Source: Epiperipatus broadwayi (Eukaryota; Animalia; Onychophora). Taken from it: DNA of 64,000 bases. Positions 24,021 to 37,900 of this stretch are shown here, piece by piece; the stretch's first letter is position 1; every line of letters begins with the position of its first letter. The stretch lies in the NCBI GenBank assembly GCA_028023455.1, contig JAQFVV010000009.1, forward strand, positions 434,001 through 498,000, in the 5' to 3' direction. The position numbers and the translations under genes were made by a program. The notes beneath the pieces were generated by a model. The model was not told the DNA's origin, did not search any database, and saw only the letters and a program-made list of their open reading frames with translations.

Positions 24021-27000
24021 AGGGATGAGTAATTTGGGGTGAACCTGCAATAGAGGTAGGGTGATGGATGTCAATCAACCCCAAATAAAAATTTTAAAAT
24101 TAAATATTACAGTAATTTTTATTAATAGAGAGAGCATGAGATCTCTGTGAGAAATCACTCCAGTTAATTCCTGAGAATAACTATACATCACCAGCATTAA
24201 AAATAAGTAAAAATCATGACCAATAATAAAATAAATCAACAGTCAATTTTGTGACTGGATTTGAAATGGGGTTCCTGCAGACCAGGTTTACTGTTGAGCC
24301 TTTGCCAGCTTGAAGCAATTATTTAAACATTAATTTTGGATGCCCAAACTTAAGTGTTAGTCCATTACAATATATAACCAGAAAAACAATAATGCTAGGA
24401 TATTAAAACATGCTGATCATCATCAATGCTCTGACTACTTAGTTACCATTAATGTACTGGCCAATTATACACTAAAATTCTGATAAATACTAAATTGAAT
24501 AAAATGTAGGGCATGGGCTTTAGAGAGTATTCTCTTTGTGCCAACCAAGATGATGATGATGATTGTTGAGAATATCATCATCATTACTGGATGCCCAGAC
24601 ACTAATATACACCCCCCTTCCATATAACAAATTGCTATGCATGAATCTAGCTCAAAGAACATAAGCTCTGTAACTGTTACTGTGATCAAGAGATGATGCA
24701 AATATAATATTCTAAAAACCATTTAGAATTAAGTTCCTAGAAATAATTTTAACAATTGAATACAAGTTTATTAATAACAATAAAAAAATAATACACAATT
24801 CAAATTATTACAATGACTTTACAAAAAGTCATAATGGGTTTCCATACAACACACACACATATATATCCACACAGATCTGTGCTGTAACTTAAAAATGAAC
24901 ATATTTGAATTGACATTTAATACTAAAAAATGATTGAAATTTACATAAAGTGTTGATTACCATAAAAACAAAATTCAATTTATTACATTATCATTTACAT
25001 ATATGTTCCAATAGGTTTACTTAAAACACATTCAGCACACAGACATGCGGCTAATAATTTCTCAACATATTTCACTTGTTATAAAATAAAATATTTTAGT
25101 TATCACTTTTAAATAATATAAAATATTGCAATGGGTTTACATAAAGCGTATTTATATAAATGAAATTCATTTTTTAATCATATTTGAATTTATCAAAATA
25201 ATAAAATTACTAAAAATATCTTTCCTAATTAATTCCATTTGGAAAATATACATAAATTTCACTAGTTAATAATAAAGGCTTTTCTTTCCTTTCAAAAAAA
25301 TAAAATCAGTCTTGACAGGTTATTCTAAAAAGATTTGATTGATTAATTATAACATCTTTCTTTAGAATATAGAATTATCTATTGATCCTTTACTTTTTTA
25401 TTTTTAATCCAAGCAAAATTATTACTTGTACTTTTACAATATCTTTTTTTTTAAAATAAAATTTAAAATATCATTCTTTCTGTATAAATATCACTATCGC
25501 AGGTTGCTCTTAATTATAACATTTTTAAATTTAAAACTATAAATTTTAAACAATTTAAAATAATATTGTTCTACATATATCTATCACTTTTAAGATGTCA
25601 TTTTAAAATGAATTGTTTAAAACAACTCACTTTATATAAATATGAGGCGATATGAATCAATAAAGCAGCATATGTATACTGACTTCATCAAATGGCTGAA
25701 CTTTGGACAAGCTGGTAGACTGTCTTATAATCACTGGAATATGTATAATCCAGGCAATTGTCAGTCTGCAGTATCTCCCTTCTGTCTAGGATTAGATAAG
25801 CAAGCAAACTCTTCTAAACACATTTATAGCTATGAAACACTTGAAGTTGACCCTTTTCTCTATGTGAATTTAAACTCCACCATCATGAATTATAAAGTAG
25901 TTTTTTGACTTGCCCTCCTTGCAGTCTTATATCTTCATTGTAGTTTTCTGTCTGATCTAGTGTACTCTGCTAGCCAACTCTTCTGGCCAACTAACTACAA
26001 CCAAATATTAGCTAAAAAACTTCTTTTTATAAACTCTTTTTACTATAATCAGCTAGTTGAGAAAAACACTAATTAAAAACTGTTTTTTTTCTTATCTTGA
26101 TTAAAAACAATTTTAATCCTTTCAAAAGCAACTTTGAAATTTTATCAAAGTATAATTTACAAACATTTAAAAAAATAGATAATAGACATTTTTACAATCA
26201 TCAGAAAACCTGCTTGGTTTTAATTTCAAAATCAGAATACAATATTAATATTTATTTAGAGTTTTTAAACTGTTTAATTTATAATAAAATTCTATTTTAA
26301 ATTCAAAATGATTTAATCTTTTACTATGAATATTTTATTCCAGGAAATGTAAAAACTATAAAAATTTTGTCTGTTTATTTCTACATTTCCTTTCAACTTT
26401 ATATATATTTGTGCACACACAGTATGTTATTGTGTGCCATGTAACAGAAGTGTTACAATATATATATATATATATAGAAAGTATTATATGATAAGATTCA
26501 ATTTCTTTTCAATACAGCTTTAATTACTGTAAAAGGAAGTCAGCATTGTTTCCTAGATGAATTATCATTATTCTTTGTTATTCTTCCAACATTGTTCATA
26601 TCTTGCATTCCTGATTATCTAGCCCAGATTTTAGAAGATAACTTTGATTATAATGAACAGATAAACACATATATAAAGAATGTAAGACCCAGCATAGAAT
26701 GTATTTTAGAGAAAAAAATGGCATTTGACACAGAAATTAGCTTTAGTACATATACTATTATTAATAACAGAAAACTGATATACATACACTATTTTGCTTC
26801 ATAAATTATTAGGGAAACAATAATAGCTAAAATATACTATTTCAAAATGAAAGGTAAAGTGTAGTTACACAAATATTTATATAATAATAAAATTAATTTT
26901 ACAAATAAAGTCCAAATGATAGTGTAATGCCTATATACATATCACATTGCCCAATGAATTCTTTGACAAAAAGTAGTAGTTAAAAAAATGTCTGCTATTT

Positions 27001-27783
27001 AATTTAAACTAAAATAAACCAGTGGAAAAGTGTGTGCATGTTACACATTGATACAAAGGTTAAATCAAAGTATAATCGACAGTGCCATTTAAGAATATGA
27101 TAAATATTAGATTTTAAAACAAAATAATTATGAATACTAAAAATTACAAAAAAAAATAAAATAAATATTCAAAGCTGAATTACCCACAAATTAATAAAAT
27201 TATATAAAATTTGAATTCTCATCTACACTTTATACTTGAAATGCTCTATGTAGAATTTTATCAGAGATCTTGAATGTGATTTATATCTTCAAGTTAGTTC
27301 TTTTCTGGCTTTTGTATATCAGTTTTCCTTTACCCCTGGTTTCTTTAATATTTATTCTTGGGTTTTCTTACTTCTTCAGTATTCAGTGTTTTATAGCAGT
27401 CAATATATTATATATAGATCAACTATCTTCTAAACTCATGATTCAGCAGTCAACGACATTTTTTTTCCTTTAGGTATTAAGAATTAGGAGATTTAGCTAA
27501 ATGCCTTTTTTCACACATAACAGAGATACATGGCTGAAAAAAATCAGCAATTCAAAAAATATCCTAGCTGATCATGTTAATATATTTATCCATTTTGTTT
27601 GAGAGAGATAATTTTAGAGATAGATTAATTAAAATAAGACATAATTCTATCTGCGGTAGCAATAAGCCATCTTATCAGACTTTAATTTCAATTTACAAAT
27701 GCTGGTAAATTAATCTCTTTTTTCCTGAATTCTATCTATAGCTTTTCAATTTGAAACTTTAATCTAATGAATTACTTAGACAG

Positions 27784-29248
27784 CTAAATGTCTAAAACAG
27801 TAGCAAACTCTTCATACAGTAGTGCCATCCAATGCAAGCCATAGTAATCAATGGATACAAGAAGATTTGTGCATAAAATCCCTTTGTAGTTCCCACTCAT
27901 CCAATATCACTCAACTAGTTTCTAGCTTGTGGCTTTTGTCAGTGAAGAGCCTTGGATATGAGAACACTGCACCTAGATCTTTGTAATGCAATCTTCCAGC
28001 AGCCACCTTTTACCTGTTTACTTAATAACTACAGTTATTAAAAAACAAAAAATACCAAAATGTACAGATACTGAATGAGATTCAGATCTATATGACTGTA
28101 CAAGTGAATTGGCTTGGATTAATAACATTATTGTGTTCTCATTTTGGGTTTATAACTTTATAATTAACTAAAAAGGTAACTGCTGGAAGATTGCATTGGA
28201 TTCAAAGATCTAAATGCAGTGCTCTCAGATCCAAGGTTCCTCACTGATGAAAGCTACAAGCTAAAAACTAATTTGGGGATATTGGATGGTCAAGTTTTCA
28301 TATGAGAGATGCAAAAAGTAAAATGAAAATGTTTGGTAGATTGCAGTTTATGGATAATAAAAGAATAGCTAAAATAGTATTTAATTGGGTTATGAGTAAA
28401 GGGCAGGTAACAAGATGGGTGAGAAAGGTAATGTGGTATGCAAAAGATTTGGATAAAGAATTTATATCAGTATATTTGTACAAAAGATGGGATGATTGTG
28501 TTAAGAGGATTATTGAGTGTTATAGTAGTAAGGAATGGGATAAAAGAATAAATTTATTAATAAAGACTAGGGAGTTAGAGAGATGGAAAAATAGTATGGA
28601 GAGTAAAAAGAGTTTAAATATATATAGAAATAAACAGAATATTAGGTGTGAGTTAATATATGATAATAGTAAGGAAAGTAGTTTCTTGTTTAAGGCTCGA
28701 ACGGGATCTTTAGCTACAAAAGAATATACATGTAAATGGAAAAATATGGGTGATTTAGTCTGTAAATTGTGTAAGGAAAGAATAGAAAATATTAGGCATC
28801 TGTCAATTGAATGTAAATATTTGAAAACAGAAAGGGTACATATAATGAAGTTGTGGAAAAATAAATATGAAAAGTGTGATTATACAGAAAGTGAATTATT
28901 AGTTTTTATGCTGGTTTGGGAAAAGATAAGGGGGATTTAGATATAAAGGTTATAGAGTTGACAAAGATTATGTTGTGGAAATGGGATAGAGCAGATTATG
29001 GGCAAATTTAGAGTGGGGAATGTAAAATAAAGGGGCTAATAGGTTTATCTGGGCATAATTGCTGAGATATAAACATAGAGTGGAGAATAAAAAATAAAGT
29101 GGCTAACAGGTTTCTCTGGGTATAATTGCCGAGAGATTCTTGACTCTGTTTAAGGAGAAGCCGTAGTACATCACATCACATCACTGTTTTAACAACTTGT
29201 GTAAGCATAAAAAAAAATAATGATCATAGGATGTCTAAATGTTTGAAC
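27784..29248. mobile_element. HHR family-B fold-back insertion, locus 2, containing a LINE 3' fragment; imperfect ~13-bp TSD
   Basis: Minus arm ~27794-28030 (HHR ~27898-27958), plus arm ~28170-28288 (HHR core CTGATGA at 28244), resuming at 29184-29234. Flanks CTAAATGTCTAAA (27784) and CTAAATGTTTGAA (29235), 11/13 identical. Confidence 0.7.
28289..29183 (+). mobile_element. 3' fragment of the same LINE family as 11121-14829, (CATCA)n tail
   Basis: ORF 28302-28940 ends with LFKARTGSL ... CKLCKERIENIRHLSIEC (CCHC); roughly 85% identical by eye to 13900-14815; tail acatcacatcacatca at 29168-29183. Confidence 0.85.
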
Positions 29249-29543
29249 TGAAAAAATAAATAATGATTATGCCAACATTTTTATTTATATTAAATCAATC
29301 ACCCATGTAATCGATATTTAGTAAATGTTATCAAATCAAATTCACTAAATACTTCAATTAAATGCTTGTTTTCTCAAGTTAATTGTAGACAAACATCTTA
29401 ACTACTTTGTTTTTAATTGACTCACACATTTAATTTATATAAATCCAAATATTTTATAATTTAAATTCACAAATTTAATTTACAAACAATTTTAATTTAA
29501 ATTCAATCTTATTAAATTTTATTCTGATTACAAATATGATTAT

Positions 29544-30283
29544 TGTAATATCCGCACTTAGGACTGTGCCAAGGTTATAACTGCAAGTCATACTGTGTGG
29601 TCAGCAAATAACGTTATACAATTCCCATGCTGTTCTTTCTTAACGAAGCTCTCCAATGAATGCCTTGCTCTGCAATGAATGCTTCTACTCTGCAACTAAT
29701 GCTCTGCTCTGCAACTAATGCCCTTCTCTGCAACTAATGCCCTTCTCTGCAACTAATGCTCTTCTTGCAACTAATGCTCTTCTTGCAACTAATGCTCTTC
29801 TTGCATCTAATGCTCTTCTTGCAACTAATGCTCTTCTTGCAACTAATGCTCTTCTTGCAACTAATGCTCTTCTTGCAACTAATGCTCTTCTTGCAACTAA
29901 TGCTCTTCTCTGCTGCGGTGTCTTTCAGCTACACCCGTGAACTACATTTTCACTAGGTGTGCTAGTCATTTACTGCCAGCACTGACGCGAGATATCTTTG
30001 CTGATGTTAAACAGACGTCTCTCCAATACTGCTCGCTACTCACTACTGCGTGACTACTCTCTACTGGAGTTGTCCTCTAATTCCTGCTAGATGTTACACC
30101 GTCTTCTATTCGCTCTCTGACAACTGCAACGATCTCAATCAATGCACTGACCAATAAGGTAACGTCTCTTATCTAGAAGCATTTCTAATTAGCAAATACT
30201 TCTAGGAATTGTCGATCGCCATTACGTCAATGCACTAATTAAATTCCTCAGCTATCAGAGCGCGATCTAAAAACAGCCTTACG
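29544..30283 (-). mobile_element. Solo-LTR-like, GC/CpG-rich insertion
   Basis: Sharp compositional contrast with the flanks; termini TGTAAT ... TTACG (one mismatch from TG..CA); no TSD found. Confidence 0.4.
29654..29913. repeat. 18-bp minisatellite (TGCAACTAATGCTCTTCT)n, about 13-14 units
   Basis: Directly visible tandem array; explains the LATNAL and MLFLQL repeat ORFs. Confidence 0.95.
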
Positions 30284-30668
30284 AATAAATTCTAGTTTTT
30301 CTGGAGTGCACACAAATGTCTGCCATTTTTACAAACACTACAATTATCAAATTATTTTTATTTACCTTCCCACAGACAATGTAAAAATTAATATTTGAAA
30401 GGACTAAACAGAACAATTTATCCCACAATTTGTTCCTTTTGATTATAGTAATAAAAAATATCTTCAATAAGGATATTATTTAATTATTTTAGTTTTACAA
30501 AATGTTTTAAATGTGATGTAAATAATTGCTGAAAAATGAAAATCAAGAGAAACCATTTTCTATACATGTATTACCAAATAGGTGATGATACACACATTTA
30601 TTTTTTATGATTTACAATTTTAACAATAATATTTAAATACAAGTATAGTATATATTCTTAAACTCGAT

Positions 30669-30722
30669 GTAATTAGACTTTCAAGCTCCCTTCAGTCGTC
30701 CACTCCATTTTATATAACCAAT
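30669..30722. repeat. Short fragment of HHR repeat family C
   Basis: taattag...actttcaagctcccttcagtcgtccactccattttatataacc matches ~5478-5555. Confidence 0.55.
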
Positions 30723-30749
30723 AATTTAATATTTTTATCTGTAATTCAT

Positions 30750-31900
30750 CATATTGTTAAAAATCTATCTATCATATTAAAGCTTGGTTTAAACATTATT
30801 CAACTAAAAGCATATTACTTAAATATTATTGTAAAAACATCTTTAATTCAATATTTATCAATAAAAGCTTTCAGTAGGTCAATTGTTTCTCTTATTTGTC
30901 TATTTTTTTTTTATAAATTTAAATTGTTATTCAGATAGAATATGACTAGTCTATTAGAAATCTATCTAATCAAGATCTGTAACAAAATCTTAGTTATAGA
31001 GAAAATCAAATTGTTTTAATATTCAGCTATTTCTGTGAATTAAGCTTTTTTTCCTAATGGAATCATAGCTGTTAAAAGAGCATCTACTGGCTATTCTCCT
31101 AAGTCATAAGTTGCATTACAAATATCCATCATTTCTTTCAAACTCTTTTCCCTCATAGTCTTTAATAATTCAATTGGAATTTTAACAATTCCTTATGCCT
31201 TTACAATTTTCATTCCAATCCATTCTTTTACAACTTCATTCTTCATTATCATATGATCTATTTCATCTTTATCTGGATGACTTTCTAATCAACTAAATAT
31301 AGATGAAAGTTTATTATTGTTAATATAAAAATTGCAGATATATTCTTCCCATTTTTTAATGTATATATTTTCTTATTAATAATTTCTATCTTCAATCAAT
31401 AGTTTATTTCTTCAATCATGTTTTTATCATTCAAATTGTTTTATTTTATTATAAAGTGAATCAAATTTACATTTTTTTTTGTTATTCGCCTATTTTCTTA
31501 CATTTCCTTTAATCTACAATCTACTAATTTTATCTCTTTTATTCTCAGTTTACTATTAAGCATTCCGTATACACTTTTATTTTCTACATAATTTTTCCAT
31601 CTTTCTATTGCAATATATACTCTTTTATCTTCTACAGAATTCATATTTTTGATTCTTCTTTCTATCATTTTATTTCAATATTTTTTTTATTATCCTTTTG
31701 TAACTTAATATCTTTCCTGCAGCACTTTTTAAATTTCTTGAGTAAAATCCATCTTTTATGTGAATCAATTAGCCTACATTATATTTTCTTATACAATAAC
31801 TCTGAAAATTTCTTCCTAATATCTACTTTTAATTTAATTGTCCATTTCTTTTTCTGTCTTAGTTATTTTTTTTAAAGTTAACATTATTACTACCACTATA
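30750..31900 (-). mobile_element. Decayed RTE-clade LINE fragment
   Basis: Minus-strand translation at ~30990-31205 gives KA*GIVKIPIELLKTMREKSLKEMMDICNATYDLGE*PVDALLTAMIPLGKKA, matching the RTE RT N-terminal region (KAPG.D.IP.ELLK ... GEWP.D ... IPKK). Confidence 0.65.
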
Positions 31901-34900
31901 GACATGTGATCTTAATTTATCATGTTGAGCGGTTATAGCGTGCCAGACCCTAGCGGCAGCTGATTCTTTGAAATTTTGTTTTCTTTTTTAAATTGCATGA
32001 AAACTATAAGTATGACGTCAACAGAAATCCTGGCATTCGTTGCTGTTTGATTCTTCCTTAAAATGGCTTATCACAAGATGAAATCAGACAAAATTTGAAT
32101 TTTTTATTAATAGGTTCATTTAATTTTTTTCTTTTCTGCTCAATTTACTAGATTGCATGAAGAAGATAAAGGCAGGATTTTTTTATCAACCAGACTCATT
32201 ATTAAAATGGACTAAAAATGCAGCAATAATTCACATTTCAAGGCCTTCATCCAAATAAAAAAGTAATCAGAACGTCGGGTCATAATTATTCAATTTTAAT
32301 TTTTAAAGTATTTGAATAATATTTTAATTTTTTTTTTTTAATTATTTGATAAATGGTATAATTTATTAATGTGTTTGCATTTGTATTGGTGTATCTGTGT
32401 AGTATATAAATTATATAATATTAAATCATTTATGCTCTTTATTATACAGTATATAAATTTGTATTCAAATATAACAAAAGTGGTTTATGTACAATGTAAT
32501 TTTGGAGCTCTGATCCAAGTTTGAGGCAACCTTATTTTATAGATATAATGATTCTCAAAAGATTTAATAGTTTATTAATATTTGTATTAGTGTATTTGTG
32601 TTTGCACTTGCATGTCTGGGTTTGTATAACAAGTAATGATTTACATATATAGAGCAGTGCAATGTACATTTTAAGACTTATCAAATGTATAGAAAAATTG
32701 CAGTTGTTAAAGCAATCACAAAATTTACTGGGCATAGTACCATGTGAAAATATAAACACTTATAACCAATAAAGAGAGATTTCAAATGTTATGTGTGTGT
32801 GGTGATAGCTACAATGGTAATGTTTATACCACATGGAATTGTATGCAGTGGAGTCAGTAGTTTTGCACATCTTGCAACACATTATTTTCATTCAAGTCTA
32901 TAGCTAGAAAATGATCTATGTGCAAATAAATTATATCTCTGTGGGACAATAAATATAACAAGATAGCATCATTGGTGTACATAAAGAATATAAACATCAC
33001 TGATGTACACAAAAAAATATAAAATGAAGAGATGAAACTCATTTTATCATTGATACAGTCAGTAGCCTACAATTTCTAGTTTTAGATAGGCAAGAAGCCA
33101 ATTGCTATGGTAGCAAATGTATATCCATCTTGTGGAAATGATTTGTTTTGTATCTTTTATTAGGATAAATCTTTTTCATATAGATGCCTTTGAGATTTGT
33201 TAACTTTTGAAGTATAAGATAAAAATGAAGAATTCTTATGCGACTATTTTTGAAGATTCTGAAGCTATAGATTATCTCAGGTAAGAAGTATTATATATGA
33301 TTTGGATGAAAATTTTGTGAGAAATACAAAGAAATTATCAATAAAGATGTAATTTAAACTTAATTAATGATAAATTAGAAATTATGAACAAACAATAAAG
33401 TAATAATTATTTCGGATGTTGAAATTTCTTCTCTTCTTTTTTGCATATTTTTTAAATGGTAATCATTATTTGTCTTAGCCTTATAGTTTTCTTTGTTTTT
33501 TCTAGTTTCTATCAATGTAAAGCTTTTTTCTCTAACATTATTAAAACTGAAGTTATTGTGAAAATTATGTCTCAAGTCAATTTTTTTAAAATTCAATATG
33601 GCACCAGGACCATTAACTAGTTATATTAATTCAAGGTTAAACTCATGTACTCGTAATACTATTTCTAAACTATTTTGAATCAGTAGAAAATAATCTTAAC
33701 TGAAATCTATTCTTATAATCTGGAGCTTTATAAATAAATCTTCTTGTGATTTTTAAAATATTTATTTATAACAATCATGCTATTTTCTCCACAAAAGTTT
33801 ATCAATTTTCTTCTTTTTCATTTCTTATCCTTAAATCACAATTTCAGAAAATTTTATTACAACTTTCCTGCCCTATCACAGCATTTAAATTCCTTATTAA
33901 GTTCATCTTAATTAAAAAAAAAAATAATGTTAAACCAGAAAAATCTAATTTTGTCATAAGTCTTAGAAAAAATATATAAATATTAAATTCTCAGATATTG
34001 GTAGCATTACTTTATAAATGCCACAAAATAAATAAATAAATATAAAGCATAAACAATTTTTAAATAAATCTCTAAATAATTTTTTTTTTTTCTTGCACTT
34101 TTCACAATAATTTTTATTAGATTGTGATGTAAACAATGTAAAAAAAGATGAAAGAGTATTAAACATCTTAAAAAGATAATTTTTAAAGTTAAATATATCA
34201 ATTAACAATAAAAATGCATTTAAATCTGATGAAGAAAATATAACTTCATACAAATTTCCTAACATTTGTCTATATACTTAGAAAATATTACACTGAACAA
34301 ATCAAATCTGCGCTGATATAAATGGAATAGAAATTGTTATTTTGCAAAGTATAAAATCTACTTAAGTATTATAACCATTAATGTAGTGATTTAAATATTG
34401 AAATTTCAACAAAACAAAAAAATTAAAATTAACTGTGCATAACAAAACAATAATGTATCAACTTCTGCATTGTTTCATAATTATATTTTGACAACAATTT
34501 AACAAAAAGTAACTACAACATTTTTTATAAAACTAAATAATTTCAAGAAAATATTAAGAATAGATTTCCAAGCTCATTTATGTTCAGTCAAACAAAGAAC
34601 ATTTATAAGAAAGATAGTCAATTCTGTCAAATGTACTCTATATTAATATATATATACACATTCTCAAAATAATTTATATAGTAAAGCCCATTATTTTATT
34701 GGTAACTTGATCACTGTATCTGTTGATATGATACCAAAAAACATAAAAAATATGCAGAAATGTGATAATGGAGAAGAAAAAAAAATAGATCGTTTGCTAC
34801 AATGTTTTACTGCTGATGGCCTTCAATAAAATCATTTTCTGTCTGAGACAAGCAAATGATGCCCAATGTTTTTTACATTATATTTATAAGCAAAGAGATA

Positions 34901-37900
34901 ATCATTCTCAGCTCAAAAACAACAACACATCATCAAACTATAATATTCTGAAGTGAAGATTATGTGTTTCTAATGCGCAAGACTTATAAGCAAACAGCTT
35001 CATAATTTATTGTAGGGACAAGCATAAGATGAAGTAAATTAAACTGCATCAATCATTACTAAAATGCTGCAACTCAGAAAAAAGCTGGAATATTATTATT
35101 TCAGCTCTATCATATTGATATTCTCAAACGATGATTCACTTTACCTACATTAATTGAGCAAAACCACATTTCAGCAATTAAAATTAGTGCTTTCAACCAA
35201 TTGTAATATTAAACTAATGAAATGTATTCCACAAAAAATTTTTTCTAAGTTCTAAATTCTTATTATTTCTTAGTATTGAAGAATAACCCATACTACAGAC
35301 AAACATCTGTCTCAAATGCTTTTTTTGTCATACCAATAAATAATAAATCAGGTACCTAATATATATATAATAAAGGTTGTCAAGCTGTTAACACGGGTAC
35401 AGACATTCAAGCATTAATATCTGCAGCTTACTTAAAGAGCAAACATTTTTCACAAAATGTATGCATAATGACAGAGAGTATATTGACTTTCTGTGCTATG
35501 AATAGTTGTAATATAATGAAGTTAAAATGAAGGATGTAGGGATAAAAAATTTGAAAAAATAGCTACTAATGTGTACCTAATTTGTATGAAAAATAGTCTC
35601 TATAAAGACTTGAGAAACAAATGAAAATTAAACACAAGCTTTAAAAAAATTCATACTCTATATCACATATAACTGGTATCATCAACTCTTTAATGATGAA
35701 CTATATTTTATAAAGTCTAGAGAAAAGGAACAAATAATAACAGGATCCCTATTTATGTAAAAGATTAATCTAGTTTTCCTTCCCTCAAAATTAAAAACCA
35801 ACAGCCTAATTAAGAAACACACTAGTAAAGGTTTATTTAAAACATTCATCAAAATCAAAGTATCTCTCAGATTAGCTAGTCTCCTAATCATAAATCTAAA
35901 TCAGAACTGATACATTTGTTCTTCCAGTCTAATAAAATTTAAAAAAAATTCTGAGTTAATCAAATCTAACCTTCAATATTTTTTGATCGAGTTATTAATA
36001 TAATTTAGCTTTGTAACCAAGATGCATTATAGTGGATAAAAAATTTACAAATCTAATCCTAACACACAAATCATAATGAGTGAAAACCTCCACCTAGAAA
36101 TTTTCTAATAATCCATTCATAGATTTGTTAGATAATTTTTATAGCTAATTTATTTATCAAAATATCTAAAAATTTGTTGTATTATTTACTAAATAATGCA
36201 GTCAATGAATGACCAGATGCCACTTGCCAGGTCAGTGATTCAGTTAGTGTATATTTAACAGTACTTATATAATATACTATAGTAATTCATTAAAAAAATG
36301 ATATAATTATGGATCAAATAAATTGATAAAAATGAGTGTGTCGATTAAAAAAAAAACAATTTGAAAATATTTATATTATATTGTTTTATAAAATACAAAG
36401 CAACTATTATAAAAGAGTATTAGGAGAACAACAATAATATATAAAAAAATAACAAATACAAAAAAATTTGTAGATTACAAATACGTAATGAAAATATAGT
36501 GATCATGCTATAATTTTAATCTTTATTTAGTAAATAAAAAAAGAAAGCACCCTTAGATAAAGTAATACTATATTTATTATTAGAAATTATGAATAAGATC
36601 ATTAAATATTTACTTACAATTTTTTAAGAGCTATCTATCATAAACATAGTATTACAGTAGTTGGTACCCAATTTATGCAGTTAAATTGGGAAATTTCAAA
36701 GTGAAACAATTTTTTAAAATATATGTATATAATTATTGTATATATAATTTTTATGGAAATAAGAATACTGGGCATAGGAATAAAGAAGAAATAACTATAT
36801 ATTATTATTTGGCAAGTGTATTTTATAAAATAACCTTAGGAAAAGCAAGATTTAAAAACATGGATCTTTATTTATCTACAGTTTTATAAAATTACTAATA
36901 ATTATAGGTAATAATTTTATAAATGTATTACATTACCTGTTATTAAATCATTCAAAGAAAATTTTTTTCACCTTCTTAACATACTATTCAAAGTTGAGTA
37001 ATAATTTAACTTAACAATAATGAAAATAATCTTTAAAAAAAGAACTTTTTTTCATGCAATGGCAACAAACCAAACTTCATAAATTATGAAATTGTTAAAT
37101 GCAGAACTCTCTCATTCTTTAAATTTTGTTAGATATAATGTTTCAAATATTATATTCTTTATAAAAATATTTCAAATACAGTAACAACTACTATAAAAAT
37201 ACAATAATTCAAAAATGTGTTTTAATATATCAGAATAATAAATGTCTATATATTTTTTTTAATTTATACAATACTTAAATTTCTATATTCAAAATTTTAG
37301 AAAGCACATGGTATATAAATTAATAAACATAAACTAATTAATTGCACTGAACCAGTTTTCGGCAAAACACTGCCAGAATCATAGTGCTGAATAAAGTTAT
37401 GCAGTGCAGGTAAGCTTATATAATTGATATGATATAATATGTGAATGAGATACAATATGCAAATAAGGCAATTAGAAATTCCACTTTTCGAACAATGGAA
37501 CACATAAATCCTTTTTGTCGATGGAATGTGGATCCTTTGCAATTGCCGAAGCCTCTTTGTACTTTCTTTCCCTATCATCTCTTTCTGAGCATATTGCTGT
37601 AATGATGGAGAAAACGTATGACCTGTGAATCATTTATGATCCAGAAAGATCAGTCTGTATTCACTTTTTTCTTTAACTCTATTGTAAATATGCATGTTGG
37701 GCAACTCTCGTGGATCTATTTGCACAAGATTCCTCATAATAAACAGAACTGCAGAAAGGGTAAGAAACTGCCTATATATTTAATTTAGATGCAAAATTTA
37801 TTCTATACATCACTAATGTATTATTTTATCTTATCAAGGGAGGAAAAAATGTTCATTTTATCTTATATAGTTTTGTTTGCAATTCAAATCAATCAGATGT

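Noticed and set aside
24250-24315. tRNA-SINE-like head on the minus strand
   Set aside because: The A and B boxes are too degenerate and no cloverleaf forms.
29737-29956. Repetitive ORFs (LATNAL)n and (MLFLQL)n; possible CRISPR-like array
   Set aside because: These are translations of an 18-bp minisatellite; there are no unique spacers and the context is eukaryotic.
33183-33281. Plus-strand exon-like segment (MKNSYATIFEDSEAIDYL|gtaag) and similar donors at 37409, 37759 and 60392, suggesting a nested antisense gene
   Set aside because: The number of ggtaag motifs is about what chance gives at this base composition; the pieces do not join into a recognisable reading frame.
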